Positions 10,243 through 19,955 of a stretch of DNA of 64,000 nt are shown piece after piece. Source of the DNA: Hadesarchaea archaeon (GTDB taxonomy: Archaea > Hadarchaeota > Hadarchaeia > Hadarchaeales > Hadarchaeaceae); contig SOKQ01000021.1 in assembly GCA_004375695.1 (NCBI GenBank), positions 11,505 to 75,504 on the forward strand, in the 5' to 3' direction. The notes under the pieces were generated by a model. That model worked only from the letters and a program-made list of their open reading frames with translations. It did not search any database and was not told the DNA's origin. Made by a program: the position numbers and the translations under genes. Every line of letters starts with the position of its first letter. The first letter of the stretch is position 1.

Positions 10243-11331
10243 TTATAACCTGATTGCTCGCGTTGGGCAGACCGAAACACAGAGTCCGCAGCCGTAGCAT
10301 TTGACAGGGTCTAGGCGGGCGATTCTCCCGACGATACGGATCGCATCGTATGGACAGTATCGCTCGCAAAGTCCGCAGCCCGTGCACCTCGACGCAGTCA
10401 CCTCAGGAGGTTTGGTTGTGGTACGAAGAGGCTGCTCGGGCAAGTGATGAAGTGCGATGCCCTTAAAATCGCTGATCGAGTTGTAGCCTTTTGCACGCAT
10501 GAACTTGACCATCTCGTCTGCTATTAGCCCATAAATCTTGTATCCGCGGATTATCGCTGCAGTTGAGAGTTGCACCGCCGAGGCCCCAACCATGATGAAC
10601 TCAACCGCATCGCGCCCGTTGCTGATTCCGCCCGCTCCAATGACAGGTATCTTCACCGCGCGGCAGATGTCGGCCACGCATCGAACAGCGAGAGACTTGA
10701 TCGCGGGGCCTGAGAGCCAGCCATAGCCAGAGATGCTCCCGAGCATGGGCATCGTGTTTTCTATGTCGATTGCCAAGCATGGCCCCACCGAGTTTATCGC
10801 GACTATGCCATCTGCCCCCGCTTCCTCTACAGCTCGCGCGAACTGGGTCACGTCGGGTACGTTCGGGCTGAGTTTCACGAACACCGGGATATCGATGACC
10901 TCCTTCGCGGCTTTCGTCGCTTCGACCACCAGCGTCGAGTCGTTTTCGAGGTGGTGAGTCGATAGCTCGAGGGCATCCACACCGGCCGCCTTGAGCTTGG
11001 GGGCAACAGCCCGGATCTCCTCGGCATTGTAGCCAACGCTCGCTATCAACGGCAGCCTCGTTCGCTTCGCCTTCGCATACTCGTGGCGAAGCCATTGCTC
11101 GAGCGGCAGGTCGGTCCAAAGCTCGGCATTCAGCAAGCTATCCTTTACCTTGATTATACAGGGGCGGGGTACATGGGCAGGAGAAACGCTCACAGTTTTC
11201 GCGACCAATCCGCCCGCGCCACCCTCGGCGGCTTTTACCAAAGCATCTCCGTTGTGCACCGTGGGGCCAGCCGCAGGCAAAATGGGGTTACGGAATTTTA
11301 AGCCACATATTTCAACAGATAAATCAACCAT
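10243..11331 (-). CDS. dihydroorotate/dihydropyrimidine dehydrogenase-family flavoprotein with C-terminal 2x[4Fe-4S] ferredoxin domain (PreA-like)
   Basis: TIM-barrel DHOD-like N-terminus (GLKFRNPILPAAGP...GAGGISNGRDA) plus two CxxCxxCxxxCP motifs at the C-terminus. Confidence 0.65.
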   Translation of the reverse strand: MVDLSVEICGLKFRNPILPAAGPTVHNGDALVKAAEGGAGGLVAKTVSVSPAHVPRPCIIKVKDSLLNAELWTDLPLEQWLRHEYAKAKRTRLPLIASVGYNAEEIRAVAPKLKAAGVDALELSTHHLENDSTLVVEATKAAKEVIDIPVFVKLSPNVPDVTQFARAVEEAGADGIVAINSVGPCLAIDIENTMPMLGSISGYGWLSGPAIKSLAVRCVADICRAVKIPVIGAGGISNGRDAVEFIMVGASAVQLSTAAIIRGYKIYGLIADEMVKFMRAKGYNSISDFKGIALHHLPEQPLRTTTKPPEVTASRCTGCGLCERYCPYDAIRIVGRIARLDPVKCYGCGLCVSVCPTRAIRL

Positions 11332-11335
11332 CTCA

Positions 11336-12685
11336 TCAGCTCCTCTTTATTGCCTCAAACTTCTGCCAGAGTTTTTCCGCCGATTTCCGCGCCACTTTCA
11401 CCGCCTCCGCCTCGTCGAACATCTGCATTTTTCGTTCGCGCATTATGACCTTGCCCCCGACGACGACCGTTTCGATATCATCGCCATTAACGGTGTTGAC
11501 GATGTGTTCGGCGACATTTTCAGGACGTACAGGCGTAGGCGCGGGGGCCGAATTTATGATGATGATATCCGCGAGCTTTCCGTGCTCAATTGAACCTAGT
11601 TCGTTCTCCAGCCCGTAGAGTTCTGCCCCGCGGATTGTCGCCATCTTGAGCGCTTCCATGAACGAGATCGCGCGAGGATCGCGGAGGGCAACCTTGTGCA
11701 GCAAGAAGGCGGCCCGGATGTTCTCAAATCCATCGAAGATGTACCCATCGTTGCCCAAGCCCACAGGGATATCCATCATGAGCATTCGCACTATCGGCGC
11801 GACCCCAACTGCGTTGAGCATGTTGCTCATGGGGTTGTGAGCAACCTTTGCTCCAGTCTTTTTGATGATCGTCAACTCATCATCGTTGACATGCACGCAA
11901 TGAGCGAGCACGACATCCTGTGCGAGCAGCCCTTCATCGTTCAACCGTTCGATGGTGCGCTTGCCGAACCGTCCTAAATTGTGATAGAGGTCCGTCAGCC
12001 CCTCGGAGGTGTGGATGGTCACGGGCACTTTATAGCGACTCGCGAGTTCTCGGACGTAATGGAAGAGCTCGTTGGAAACTGTGAATGAAGCGTGAATGCT
12101 GAACATCCCTCGCACCCGGCTCATGCGTTTTTTCTTGATCTTCCGGATGAACCGCTCACTCTCTTTCGTGCCCCTGGCCCCCTCGGCGTGGGTGCGGCGC
12201 TCGGTCGCCTCAAACGATATGATGCCACGCATCCCCGATTGCTCGACCGCTGTAGCAATCCGATCCAGCACGCCAGTTATGGCGTTCGGGCCTGAAAAGG
12301 TGTCGGCAAACATAGTTGTGCCCGTCTTGATAAACTCAAGGCAGGAAATCAAAGCGCTAGCGTACGCATCCTCGCGGGTCATCTCCTCCTCCATCGGCCA
12401 CCAGACGCGCTGTAAAATTTGTGAGAAATCGGTAGGGGTTTCAATTTTCAACGGGGCGCCACGCAGAAGCGTGCCATAGAGATGGGTGTGTGAGCAAATG
12501 AGGCCGGGCATGACAATCTTGCCGCAGGCGTCGATGACCTCTTCTGGCTTGCTCTTGGTTTTCACCTTGCCCCGCTTGACCGAGATGATGCGGCCGTCTT
12601 CAACTGCAATCGAACCATTTGCAATGATGCGACAATCTTTGTCCATCGTGACTATCAAACCATTTTTAATTAATAAGTCAACCAT
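11336..12685 (-). CDS. metal-dependent amidohydrolase (SsnA/MtaD-like chlorohydrolase/deaminase family)
   Basis: PGLICSHTHL metal-binding HxH, HASF and HCVH motifs, about 450 aa. Confidence 0.65.
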   Translation of the reverse strand: MVDLLIKNGLIVTMDKDCRIIANGSIAVEDGRIISVKRGKVKTKSKPEEVIDACGKIVMPGLICSHTHLYGTLLRGAPLKIETPTDFSQILQRVWWPMEEEMTREDAYASALISCLEFIKTGTTMFADTFSGPNAITGVLDRIATAVEQSGMRGIISFEATERRTHAEGARGTKESERFIRKIKKKRMSRVRGMFSIHASFTVSNELFHYVRELASRYKVPVTIHTSEGLTDLYHNLGRFGKRTIERLNDEGLLAQDVVLAHCVHVNDDELTIIKKTGAKVAHNPMSNMLNAVGVAPIVRMLMMDIPVGLGNDGYIFDGFENIRAAFLLHKVALRDPRAISFMEALKMATIRGAELYGLENELGSIEHGKLADIIIINSAPAPTPVRPENVAEHIVNTVNGDDIETVVVGGKVIMRERKMQMFDEAEAVKVARKSAEKLWQKFEAIKRS

Positions 12686-12832
12686 TCAATCCCTGAGAAC
12701 AAAACCATCGGCGAACATTTAAACTTTCGGTGTCTTAAATTTGGACCGAGCGAGAAATCATGTGTTTCAACCGTGGGGGATATCACCAAACCCAAATAAA
12801 CCATTAAATCAGTTGATTATAGTGACGAGAAC

Positions 12833-13045
12833 ATGTCAGAATTTTCAGTATCCACAATGGATCGGATTATTCGAAAAGCAGCTAAAGTCCGCGTGTCGCG
12901 CGACGCCGCCCTTGAGCTTAGTGCGATTATCGAGGAATATGCGACTGAGCTGTCAAATGAAGCGATAAAGCTAGCTAAACATCGCGGCGCGAAAACTGTG
13001 AACGAAAGTGATATTCGGGCAGCTGCTTTGAGGATACGCACATAA
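12833..13045 (+). CDS. archaeal histone (HMf-like histone fold)
   Basis: 70 aa. RIIRKAAKVRVSRDAALEL...KLAKHRGAKTV parallels HMfB (RIIKNAGAERVSDDA...KLAKHAGRKTI). Confidence 0.85.
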   Translation: MSEFSVSTMDRIIRKAAKVRVSRDAALELSAIIEEYATELSNEAIKLAKHRGAKTVNESDIRAAALRIRT

Positions 13046-13068
13046 CTTATCCTAATCCTGGTGATGTT

Positions 13069-14454
13069 TTGGCCGATTTAGTCATTCGAAATGCGCGCTT
13101 GGTTTTGCCTGAGGGAATCATCCGCGGAGAGCTCGCGGTCGAAAAAGGACACATCTCCGAAATTGCCGCAAGTGGGTTGTCCAAAGCTGATCGAGAAATC
13201 GATGCGAAGGAGAGAATTGTGATGCCTGGAGTTATTGATTCCCATGTCCACCTCTACGACCCCCGTCATCCTTTTCGAGAGGATTTTCAAAATGGTAGTG
13301 CCGCGGCCGCAGCGGGAGGCATAACCAGTGTAATTGTGACACCCCTCGACACCTCGATGCTGACACCAAAAATGATAAAAAATATCATTGAATTCGGGCA
13401 AAGGGAGAGCGTCATAGATTTTGACCTTCATGCGGGAAAAATGACCGCTGACTCGATCAAAGATATCCCCAAGCTCGCCACGCTCGGCATCAAATCTTTC
13501 AAGGCATTTACGTGTGCTCTCTACCGTATCGAAGACCCGGTGTTAGAGAAGCTGATGGCCGCGATAAAAAATATTGGTGGCATTGTGTTTGTCCACGCGG
13601 AGGATGACAAAGTTCTGCAGAAGCGCACTGAGAGGCTCCTCAAGGAAGGACGGAGGGACCCATTAGCTCATGCGGAATCATGCCCGAATGAAGCCGAGGA
13701 AAAGGCTATCCAAAAAGTGATTATGCTCGCCAAACGGACCGGATGTAAACTGCACTTAGCCCACATCACGACACGCCAGGGTATCGAGCTCGTCAAAAAG
13801 GCGAAGGACAAGCGGATACCAGTGACCAGCGAAATATGCCCGCACTACCTGCTTTTCACGCGAGAAGACATGCAAAGGTTGGGGCCGTACCTAAAGGTAA
13901 ATCCTGCGTTGAAAACAAGTGAAGAGTGTGAGGCGCTCTGGAATGCCTTGGCTAGAGGAATAATCGATATCGTCTCGAGCGACCATGCACCTCGCACCAA
14001 GGCGGAGAAGGAGGGCGGGGGGGAAAACATCTGGACAGCCCAAGTCGGAGTTCCGAGCGTCGAAACCTTATTGCCGCTCATGCTTAGCGAGGGTGTCGCG
14101 AAGGGCAGGCTGACGTTCGAACGACTTGTCGATGCACTCTGTACCAAGCCTGCGCAAATCTTCGGACTCTACCCGCGCAAAGGGGCCATCAGCGAGGGCT
14201 CCGATGCTGACCTAGTGATCGTGGACCTTAAGAAGGAGGCAACGATAACCGCTGAAAAAATGCACTACAAAGTTGGCTGGACCCCTTACGAGGGAATGAG
14301 GATTAAGGGGGTGCCTGTGATGACGATTTTGCGGGGCATTGTAGTGGCCGAAAATGGAGATGTAGTTGGAAAGCCCGGATATGGGCAGTTTTTGACTAAG
14401 CAGAAGCCAACAAGAGATTCAGCTTTCGCCTCACCGCTTCCGACTCGTCCCTGA
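13069..14454 (+). CDS. cyclic amidohydrolase (dihydropyrimidinase/hydantoinase/dihydroorotase family)
   Basis: PGVIDSHVHL and SSDHAP motifs of the DHOase/hydantoinase superfamily, 461 aa. Confidence 0.7.
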   Translation: MADLVIRNARLVLPEGIIRGELAVEKGHISEIAASGLSKADREIDAKERIVMPGVIDSHVHLYDPRHPFREDFQNGSAAAAAGGITSVIVTPLDTSMLTPKMIKNIIEFGQRESVIDFDLHAGKMTADSIKDIPKLATLGIKSFKAFTCALYRIEDPVLEKLMAAIKNIGGIVFVHAEDDKVLQKRTERLLKEGRRDPLAHAESCPNEAEEKAIQKVIMLAKRTGCKLHLAHITTRQGIELVKKAKDKRIPVTSEICPHYLLFTREDMQRLGPYLKVNPALKTSEECEALWNALARGIIDIVSSDHAPRTKAEKEGGGENIWTAQVGVPSVETLLPLMLSEGVAKGRLTFERLVDALCTKPAQIFGLYPRKGAISEGSDADLVIVDLKKEATITAEKMHYKVGWTPYEGMRIKGVPVMTILRGIVVAENGDVVGKPGYGQFLTKQKPTRDSAFASPLPTRP

Positions 14455-14547
14455 ATTTCTTTTTAATAAGCTCCTGCAGGCGCTCGCGCTAATTATTCGT
14501 TACGATCCCGCGGGGCACGGCATTCGGTTGAAATTTTCCCGTCTCTT

Positions 14548-15885
14548 TCATTTTCCAAATCTTTTGAGAGTTTTCCCGTATGAGCAAAGCGCGCACAACG
14601 CTCGAGCGGCTTTCCTCGGTGAATCGTAAACGCAGACATCTTTGCCTCGGAGCTTCTCCCGCACAAGGACGCAGTCCTTCCCGCACATCACAATGTCGAT
14701 CACTGGCGTATCCTCCGACTTTTTCGCTGCTTTTGCTACTTCCTGAATATCTTCAAGTTTGAGAAACGTCGACTTGAGCTCGTTTACTACTACCACACCA
14801 TCGACACCTGAGTCCGATAGCACTTGTTCAAGAACAAACTTGTACCGATCGCCATTTGCGTCAATGCCGATGTCCACCCAATCCGCGATGCTGGTATTCG
14901 GATATGTCTGAATAATCTTCTTCGTGACTTTGTTGGAGAGCTTCGCCAACGCTAACCCCTCGCGGGATAACACGTCCGCGACCAAAACTGCCGGTCCACT
15001 AACGTTAGTGACTACAGCCACCCGATTGCCCCGCATGCATGGCTGTTTCGCTAGCGCATCCGCGACGCTAAGGAGCTCCTCGATGTCACTGACTTGAAGA
15101 GCGCCGACCTGCTTAAGGGCAGAGACGAATATTCTATCCCGCTCAACCCCCTCGCGCACCGTGCTGCCCTTCAGTACAACGACTGGCTTTTTTTGCACCG
15201 CCTCACGAATCGACTCAAGAAACCTTCGCCCATCACGAACGCTTTCCAAGTAAATACAAATTACCTTCGTCTCCTTGTCCTGTGTTAGAAATTCAAGCAA
15301 GTCCGTCTCTGTGATGTCAGCGCCCCCACCGATTGACGCGAATTTGCTCACGCCCGCACTATAAGAGCAGGCTCGATCAAGCATCGCCGTTCCAACCGCG
15401 CAGTTCTGCGAGATCATCGCAATGCCGCCGCATGGTGGCATGATCTCACGCTCAAGAGTTATACACAAGCCTTTCGCCGTGTTGATCACCCCCGCCAGCA
15501 CGTTTGGGCCAAGTACCCGAACCTTTTGCTTGGCGGCCACGCGCGTGAGTTCCTCTAGCTGGTGTTGATCAAAACCTCCGGCGACCAAAACCATGGACTT
15601 CACTTTTCGAGCAAACAGCTTCCGTAAATTTTTCATAACAAGTTTGGGGGGTAACACAATTACCGCGATATCGCATCCGCTGGGGACTTCACTCAAATTT
15701 TTAACAGAACCGTTAAGTCTACCACTAAAATCAACGACGTGAGTCTTACCCTTAAAGAAGTGAAGTGTGTTGTGAACAAGCGAGCCAAAAAAGACTGGCG
15801 AAGCGGCTCCCACTCCTTCCCTAGCAGAAGCGCCTACTAGTACGACTGACTTCGGCTCGAAAATTGCCTTAACTTCGCCCGACAT
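14548..15885 (-). CDS. acdA: acetyl-CoA synthetase (ADP-forming) alpha subunit (CoA-binding/ligase-CoA domains)
   Basis: N-terminal CoA-binding IFEPKSVVLVGAS plus a succinyl-CoA-synthetase-like domain. Start overlaps the stop of the upstream beta-subunit gene. Confidence 0.7.
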   Translation of the reverse strand: MSGEVKAIFEPKSVVLVGASAREGVGAASPVFFGSLVHNTLHFFKGKTHVVDFSGRLNGSVKNLSEVPSGCDIAVIVLPPKLVMKNLRKLFARKVKSMVLVAGGFDQHQLEELTRVAAKQKVRVLGPNVLAGVINTAKGLCITLEREIMPPCGGIAMISQNCAVGTAMLDRACSYSAGVSKFASIGGGADITETDLLEFLTQDKETKVICIYLESVRDGRRFLESIREAVQKKPVVVLKGSTVREGVERDRIFVSALKQVGALQVSDIEELLSVADALAKQPCMRGNRVAVVTNVSGPAVLVADVLSREGLALAKLSNKVTKKIIQTYPNTSIADWVDIGIDANGDRYKFVLEQVLSDSGVDGVVVVNELKSTFLKLEDIQEVAKAAKKSEDTPVIDIVMCGKDCVLVREKLRGKDVCVYDSPRKAARALCALCSYGKTLKRFGK

Positions 15886-16625
15886 TACTTGCCCCTCCCG
15901 AGGACTATCCGGGCGTCGGCTGTCACCGCGCCCTTTCCGTCGTCAAACGCGAAAATTGGGTTCAGATTTATCTCGGTTATTTCAGGGAATTCGTGCGCTA
16001 GCTGCCCGACCTTTTGGATGATGTCAACGAGCGCATTGATGTCGGCTGGAGGAGCCCTCTGAATGCCCGCGAGCACTGGGTAGCCCTTAATCTCTTGGAT
16101 CATCTCTCGCGCATCCTCAGCGTTGAGCGGGGCCAGCCTGAAGCTGATGTCCTTAAGTACCTCGGCCCATACACCCGCCAACCCGAACATCACCGTAGCG
16201 CCGAAGGAGGGGTCCTGCAGAGCGCCCACGATCACCTCGCGGGCAGGAGGAAGATATTCTTGGATCGTCACTCCGAGAATTTTTGCGTCTGGCTTGTATG
16301 CGTGAACGTTATCGATTAGTTCGCCAAAAGATTGTCGAAGCTCCAGCTCCGAGGTCAATCCAACTTTGACGCCCTTAGCTTCGTTCTTATGAATAATGTC
16401 GGGAGAAGCAATTTTTAGAACGAGAGGATAACGAATCTCTCGTGCAACTTTAACGGCCTCGCTCAGGTCACGAGCGAGTTCAGTTCGATTCACTGGCACC
16501 CCCCAGGCAGCGAGAACCCGCTTGGAATCGAGTTCCGTTAACTCAAGTCTGCCCTCCTTGCGGATTGAACTGAGGATTCCAGTCACATTTTTCTTTGCTG
16601 CGGCCAACTCAATCACCGAGAACAA
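15885..16625 (-). CDS. acdB: acetyl-CoA synthetase (ADP-forming) beta subunit (ATP-grasp domain)
   Basis: ATP-grasp fold: YPLVLKIASPDIIHKNEAKGV. Co-oriented and abutting acdA. Confidence 0.7.
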   Translation of the reverse strand: MFSVIELAAAKKNVTGILSSIRKEGRLELTELDSKRVLAAWGVPVNRTELARDLSEAVKVAREIRYPLVLKIASPDIIHKNEAKGVKVGLTSELELRQSFGELIDNVHAYKPDAKILGVTIQEYLPPAREVIVGALQDPSFGATVMFGLAGVWAEVLKDISFRLAPLNAEDAREMIQEIKGYPVLAGIQRAPPADINALVDIIQKVGQLAHEFPEITEINLNPIFAFDDGKGAVTADARIVLGRGK

Positions 16626-16860
16626 GCTAAATTATGGTCAAGTGGTATAAAAATTTTCCTCCAAATCAATAAAAATAATGAATTTGGAACTGTTTTGGCA
16701 AAAATGGTCATTTATCCCCATATAAATTGTAAAATTGGAAAATATGCGTCTTTAAAGTTGAAAATAAGGGTATTGTGTACTATTCTTCAATCCTCACGCC
16801 TAAATGTTAGATATTAATTGTGTATCAAGTAATTGGATTATCCGGAGAGGAAAAAGCGAT

Positions 16861-17967
16861 TTAAGATGATGGTTGGTGCTTCATTGCGATGTTACATGCG
16901 CCCTCTGTGGTTACGGCACATGGTCCTACTGGATGCTCTGAGGTGCACGCTTTGTTAAACAGCGGGCATTCACAGGGATGAATCAGCCCCCTAAGTACCT
17001 CGCCGCATCTGCATCCCTTTGCGAAGTCCGCCATGCTCTCCACATGAACATCAAATCTTGTACGTGCATCATATTCTTTGAATTCACGCCTCAACTGAAG
17101 GGCCGACTTCGGAATCACCGGGAAACCGCGCCATCGCTTGTCCACAATTTTGAACACCTCGCGCATTTTTTCCTGTGCTACCACATTCCCCTCTGAGCGA
17201 ACCGAGCGGGTGTACTCGATCTCCACTTCTCCCTTCCCTTCGTGTAACTGCTTTAACAACATCCAGACCCCGAGTAGAATGTCGATGGGCTCAAATCCAG
17301 CGATCACCTGTGGTACTCCATAGCGCTTTGAGAGAGGCTCGTAGGGCCTAGAACCGATGATGGTCGAAACATGGCCCGGGCAGATGAACCCGTCGAGTGA
17401 AGCCTCCCCCGACGCGAGCAGAAATTCCATCGCGGGGGGAATCAGGCGGTGGCACACGAGCAAGCTGAAATTCTCGGGGGGTTCGCGGAGGAGCTCGGAG
17501 GCGGTCGTGGGGGCGGTCGTTTCAAATCCAACAGCCGCGTGGACGACTTCTCGCTCGGGATTTCGTCGTGCCGTTTCGACCGCATCCGCCACACCGTAGA
17601 TTATCCTGACATCCGCGCCGTCGGTCTTTGCACCGGCGAGCGAAGTTTGGGTTCCGGGGACCTGAAACATGTCGCCAAAGGTGGTGATGAGGTGCCCCTG
17701 TTTAGCGAGTTCAATCGCCTCGTCGATTTCCGCCGCGTTCGTTACACAAACTGGGCAGCCGGGGCCGCTAATTACTTCGAGCCAATCGGGAAAAAGTGAG
17801 CGGAGACCAAATTTTGTGATGGTTAACTCGTGGCTCCCGCATACATGCATGAATTTTACTTTGCGATTTGGGCTAAGCCCTCGGATTTCCCGCAGGATTC
17901 GAGCCGCCAAACCGCGATCCCTAAACTTCTCCAGCAATGCACTTACCATTTTTAAGACCCAAAACAC
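16861..17967 (-). CDS. hypD: [NiFe]-hydrogenase maturation factor HypD
   Basis: CGSHE (CGxH), GPGCPVC and CPGHVS conserved HypD motifs. Start uncertain (17967 or 17949). Confidence 0.8.
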   Translation of the reverse strand: MFWVLKMVSALLEKFRDRGLAARILREIRGLSPNRKVKFMHVCGSHELTITKFGLRSLFPDWLEVISGPGCPVCVTNAAEIDEAIELAKQGHLITTFGDMFQVPGTQTSLAGAKTDGADVRIIYGVADAVETARRNPEREVVHAAVGFETTAPTTASELLREPPENFSLLVCHRLIPPAMEFLLASGEASLDGFICPGHVSTIIGSRPYEPLSKRYGVPQVIAGFEPIDILLGVWMLLKQLHEGKGEVEIEYTRSVRSEGNVVAQEKMREVFKIVDKRWRGFPVIPKSALQLRREFKEYDARTRFDVHVESMADFAKGCRCGEVLRGLIHPCECPLFNKACTSEHPVGPCAVTTEGACNIAMKHQPSS

Positions 17968-18006
17968 TTTTAATGCTCTCTGCCGCCTATAAGCTTCGGT
18001 GGGCAG

Positions 18007-18663
18007 TTGAATATTTTAGCAGTCGCCGACTTCCATGGTAGTCCGAATGGCGAGCAAAGCCTCTTGAAGCTCCTCAAACGCGGCTATGATTGTGTTTTGC
18101 TTATAGGTGACCTCACGAACTTCGGTCCAGCTAATCTCGCTGAGAGTTTGCTCGAGCGGGTCAAAGCGACGGGCGTGTCCATATTTGCGGTACCAGGGAA
18201 CTGTGACCCCAAGCAGATTCTGCAGGTGTTCGACAAGTACGGGGTTAACCTCCACGGCAAGTGCGAGCGGCTCGGAGATATCACTTTCGTGGGGCTAGGG
18301 GGTTCCAATCTAACTCCTTTCAACACTCCCTTCGAGCTCACCGAGGTGGAAATCCAAGAGGAACTGGCGGCTCTAGCCTGCACCCCCGATGTCAACCGGA
18401 TATTGGTTACCCACGCTCCGCCCTACGACACTAAGCTCGACCAGATCGCCGATGGTACTCATGTTGGGAGCAAGAGCATACGCAAGTTCATCGAGCAGAA
18501 GCAGCCGTTGGTGGCGCTCTGCGGCCACGTGCACGAGGCCCGAAACACCGAAAAGCTAGGGCGAACCTTGATGATCAATCCCGGGCCAATCAGCAAGGGT
18601 TATGCCGCCGAGATAACGATAAACAGCGGCGATGAAATTCGGGCCAAACTGCTCGAGATCTAG
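18007..18663 (+). CDS. metallophosphoesterase (calcineurin-like, YfcE-type)
   Basis: ADFHG, GDLTNFG, GNCD and GHVH metal-ligand motifs. Confidence 0.7.
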   Translation: MNILAVADFHGSPNGEQSLLKLLKRGYDCVLLIGDLTNFGPANLAESLLERVKATGVSIFAVPGNCDPKQILQVFDKYGVNLHGKCERLGDITFVGLGGSNLTPFNTPFELTEVEIQEELAALACTPDVNRILVTHAPPYDTKLDQIADGTHVGSKSIRKFIEQKQPLVALCGHVHEARNTEKLGRTLMINPGPISKGYAAEITINSGDEIRAKLLEI

Positions 18664-18848
18664 CGGTTGCAAAGATGATGAAAGAAGTACCGGAGACACC
18701 GCTTTTGTTGCGGTTCTTCAAGGCGCAAATGAGCTTCGGGGCTACCCCAGCTTTGGAAGTTTATTTATCATTGGGGAAAGATCGCGAGGAAAATCAGGAA
18801 AAGTGGTTAAAAGGCTGATGGTGAGGGAAGGGTTACGCTACCACCAAA

Positions 18849-19895
18849 CTAAATTACCCCTGTCGTTCTCGCTAACCGCTCCACCGCGCGTTTGCTCAAC
18901 CCAGCGCCTAGCACGGTGTAGCGCTCGGGTCTTATCCGATGTGCTATGGTAAGAGCTCTAACTACATACTTAGCTGGAATGCCGAGTTCCTTCGCATTCG
19001 TCGGACATCCTATCGTGCGGAGTGCTTCGCGGATTGCCTGCCAGTCCTCCCCATGCAGGTAGGCTGTCATCACCGCCCCGACGCCACACTGCTCACCATG
19101 GAGCGCAGGTTTGGGAGCGAGCTGATCAAGTGCGTGGCTAAACAAATGCTCTGCGCCACTCGCCGGACGGCTGCTCCCAGCGATTCCCATCGCCACGCTG
19201 CTCGAGATTAGCGCCTTCACGACTTTGCGCACGCTCTCCTCGGTGTGCTTTTTGATGAGCTCAGCATTTTCCATCACGATCTGGGAACTAAGGAGCGAGA
19301 GGGCCGTGGCATATTCACTGTAGGGCTCGCCAAACAGTCGATGCGCGAGGTCCCAGTCGCGGACCGCTGTGAAGTTAGCCACGAGGTCCCCGCAACCAGC
19401 TGCGAGTAGGCGATGAGGCGCGCGTTTGATGATGCGCGTGTCGGCGACGATTGCGATGGGGGCGCGTGTTTCTATCGATGTCGGTTTTCGTCCACCCTTG
19501 ATTGAGGCCCTGGAGGAAGCGATGCCATCATGAGAAGCAGCAGTAGGCACTGAGATGAAGGGCTTACCCTCCTTGAACGACGCCAGCTTTGCCACATCTA
19601 TGCATGTGCCACCTCCGACACCCAGCAGAAAGTTTACTTTGCCCTTGATGAGCTTGCGCACCTTGGCGACGGTCGCCATATCGGCCTGTTTAACTAACGA
19701 GTACTCGACCTCAAAACCGGCACGCCTAAGTGAACGCTGGACTCCAGCCCCAACCAGTTTGAAAGTCGTGGCGTCGGCTATTATTAAGGCGCGTTTGCCG
19801 GAACACAAGCGCTCGCAAACGTCAGTGATCTGCGCAATCACGCGTGGGCCTATCCAGACCTCGCGAGGCAGTTCTATGCGTTTGGGTTCTTTCAT
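18849..19895 (-). CDS. egsA: glycerol-1-phosphate dehydrogenase [NAD(P)+]
   Basis: Iron-type ADH fold with GGGTCID and PTAASHDG, about 350 aa, typical archaeal G1PDH. Confidence 0.75.
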   Translation of the reverse strand: MKEPKRIELPREVWIGPRVIAQITDVCERLCSGKRALIIADATTFKLVGAGVQRSLRRAGFEVEYSLVKQADMATVAKVRKLIKGKVNFLLGVGGGTCIDVAKLASFKEGKPFISVPTAASHDGIASSRASIKGGRKPTSIETRAPIAIVADTRIIKRAPHRLLAAGCGDLVANFTAVRDWDLAHRLFGEPYSEYATALSLLSSQIVMENAELIKKHTEESVRKVVKALISSSVAMGIAGSSRPASGAEHLFSHALDQLAPKPALHGEQCGVGAVMTAYLHGEDWQAIREALRTIGCPTNAKELGIPAKYVVRALTIAHRIRPERYTVLGAGLSKRAVERLARTTGVI

Positions 19896-19927
19896 CAGTT
19901 TTACCGCACTTTTGTTGGTTGATAAAC

Positions 19928-19935
19928 TTTATATA
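19928..19935 (+). promoter_or_regulatory. TATA-like box (tttatata) upstream of psmB
   Basis: About 25 nt upstream of start 19956. Confidence 0.3.
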
Positions 19936-19955
19936 CAGTTAACGCCAGCTCTAAA

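Noticed and set aside
16626-16860. 235-bp AT-rich spacer between acdB and hypD as a mobile-element scar or small gene
   Set aside because: No repeats, no ORF of 40 aa or more with signal. Most simply the acdBA promoter plus the hypD terminator region.
18664-18848. C/D-box sRNA candidate (GATGATGA at 18673..18680) in the convergent intergenic region
   Set aside because: No D or D' box (CUGA) at a compatible distance and no terminal stem. Probably chance.
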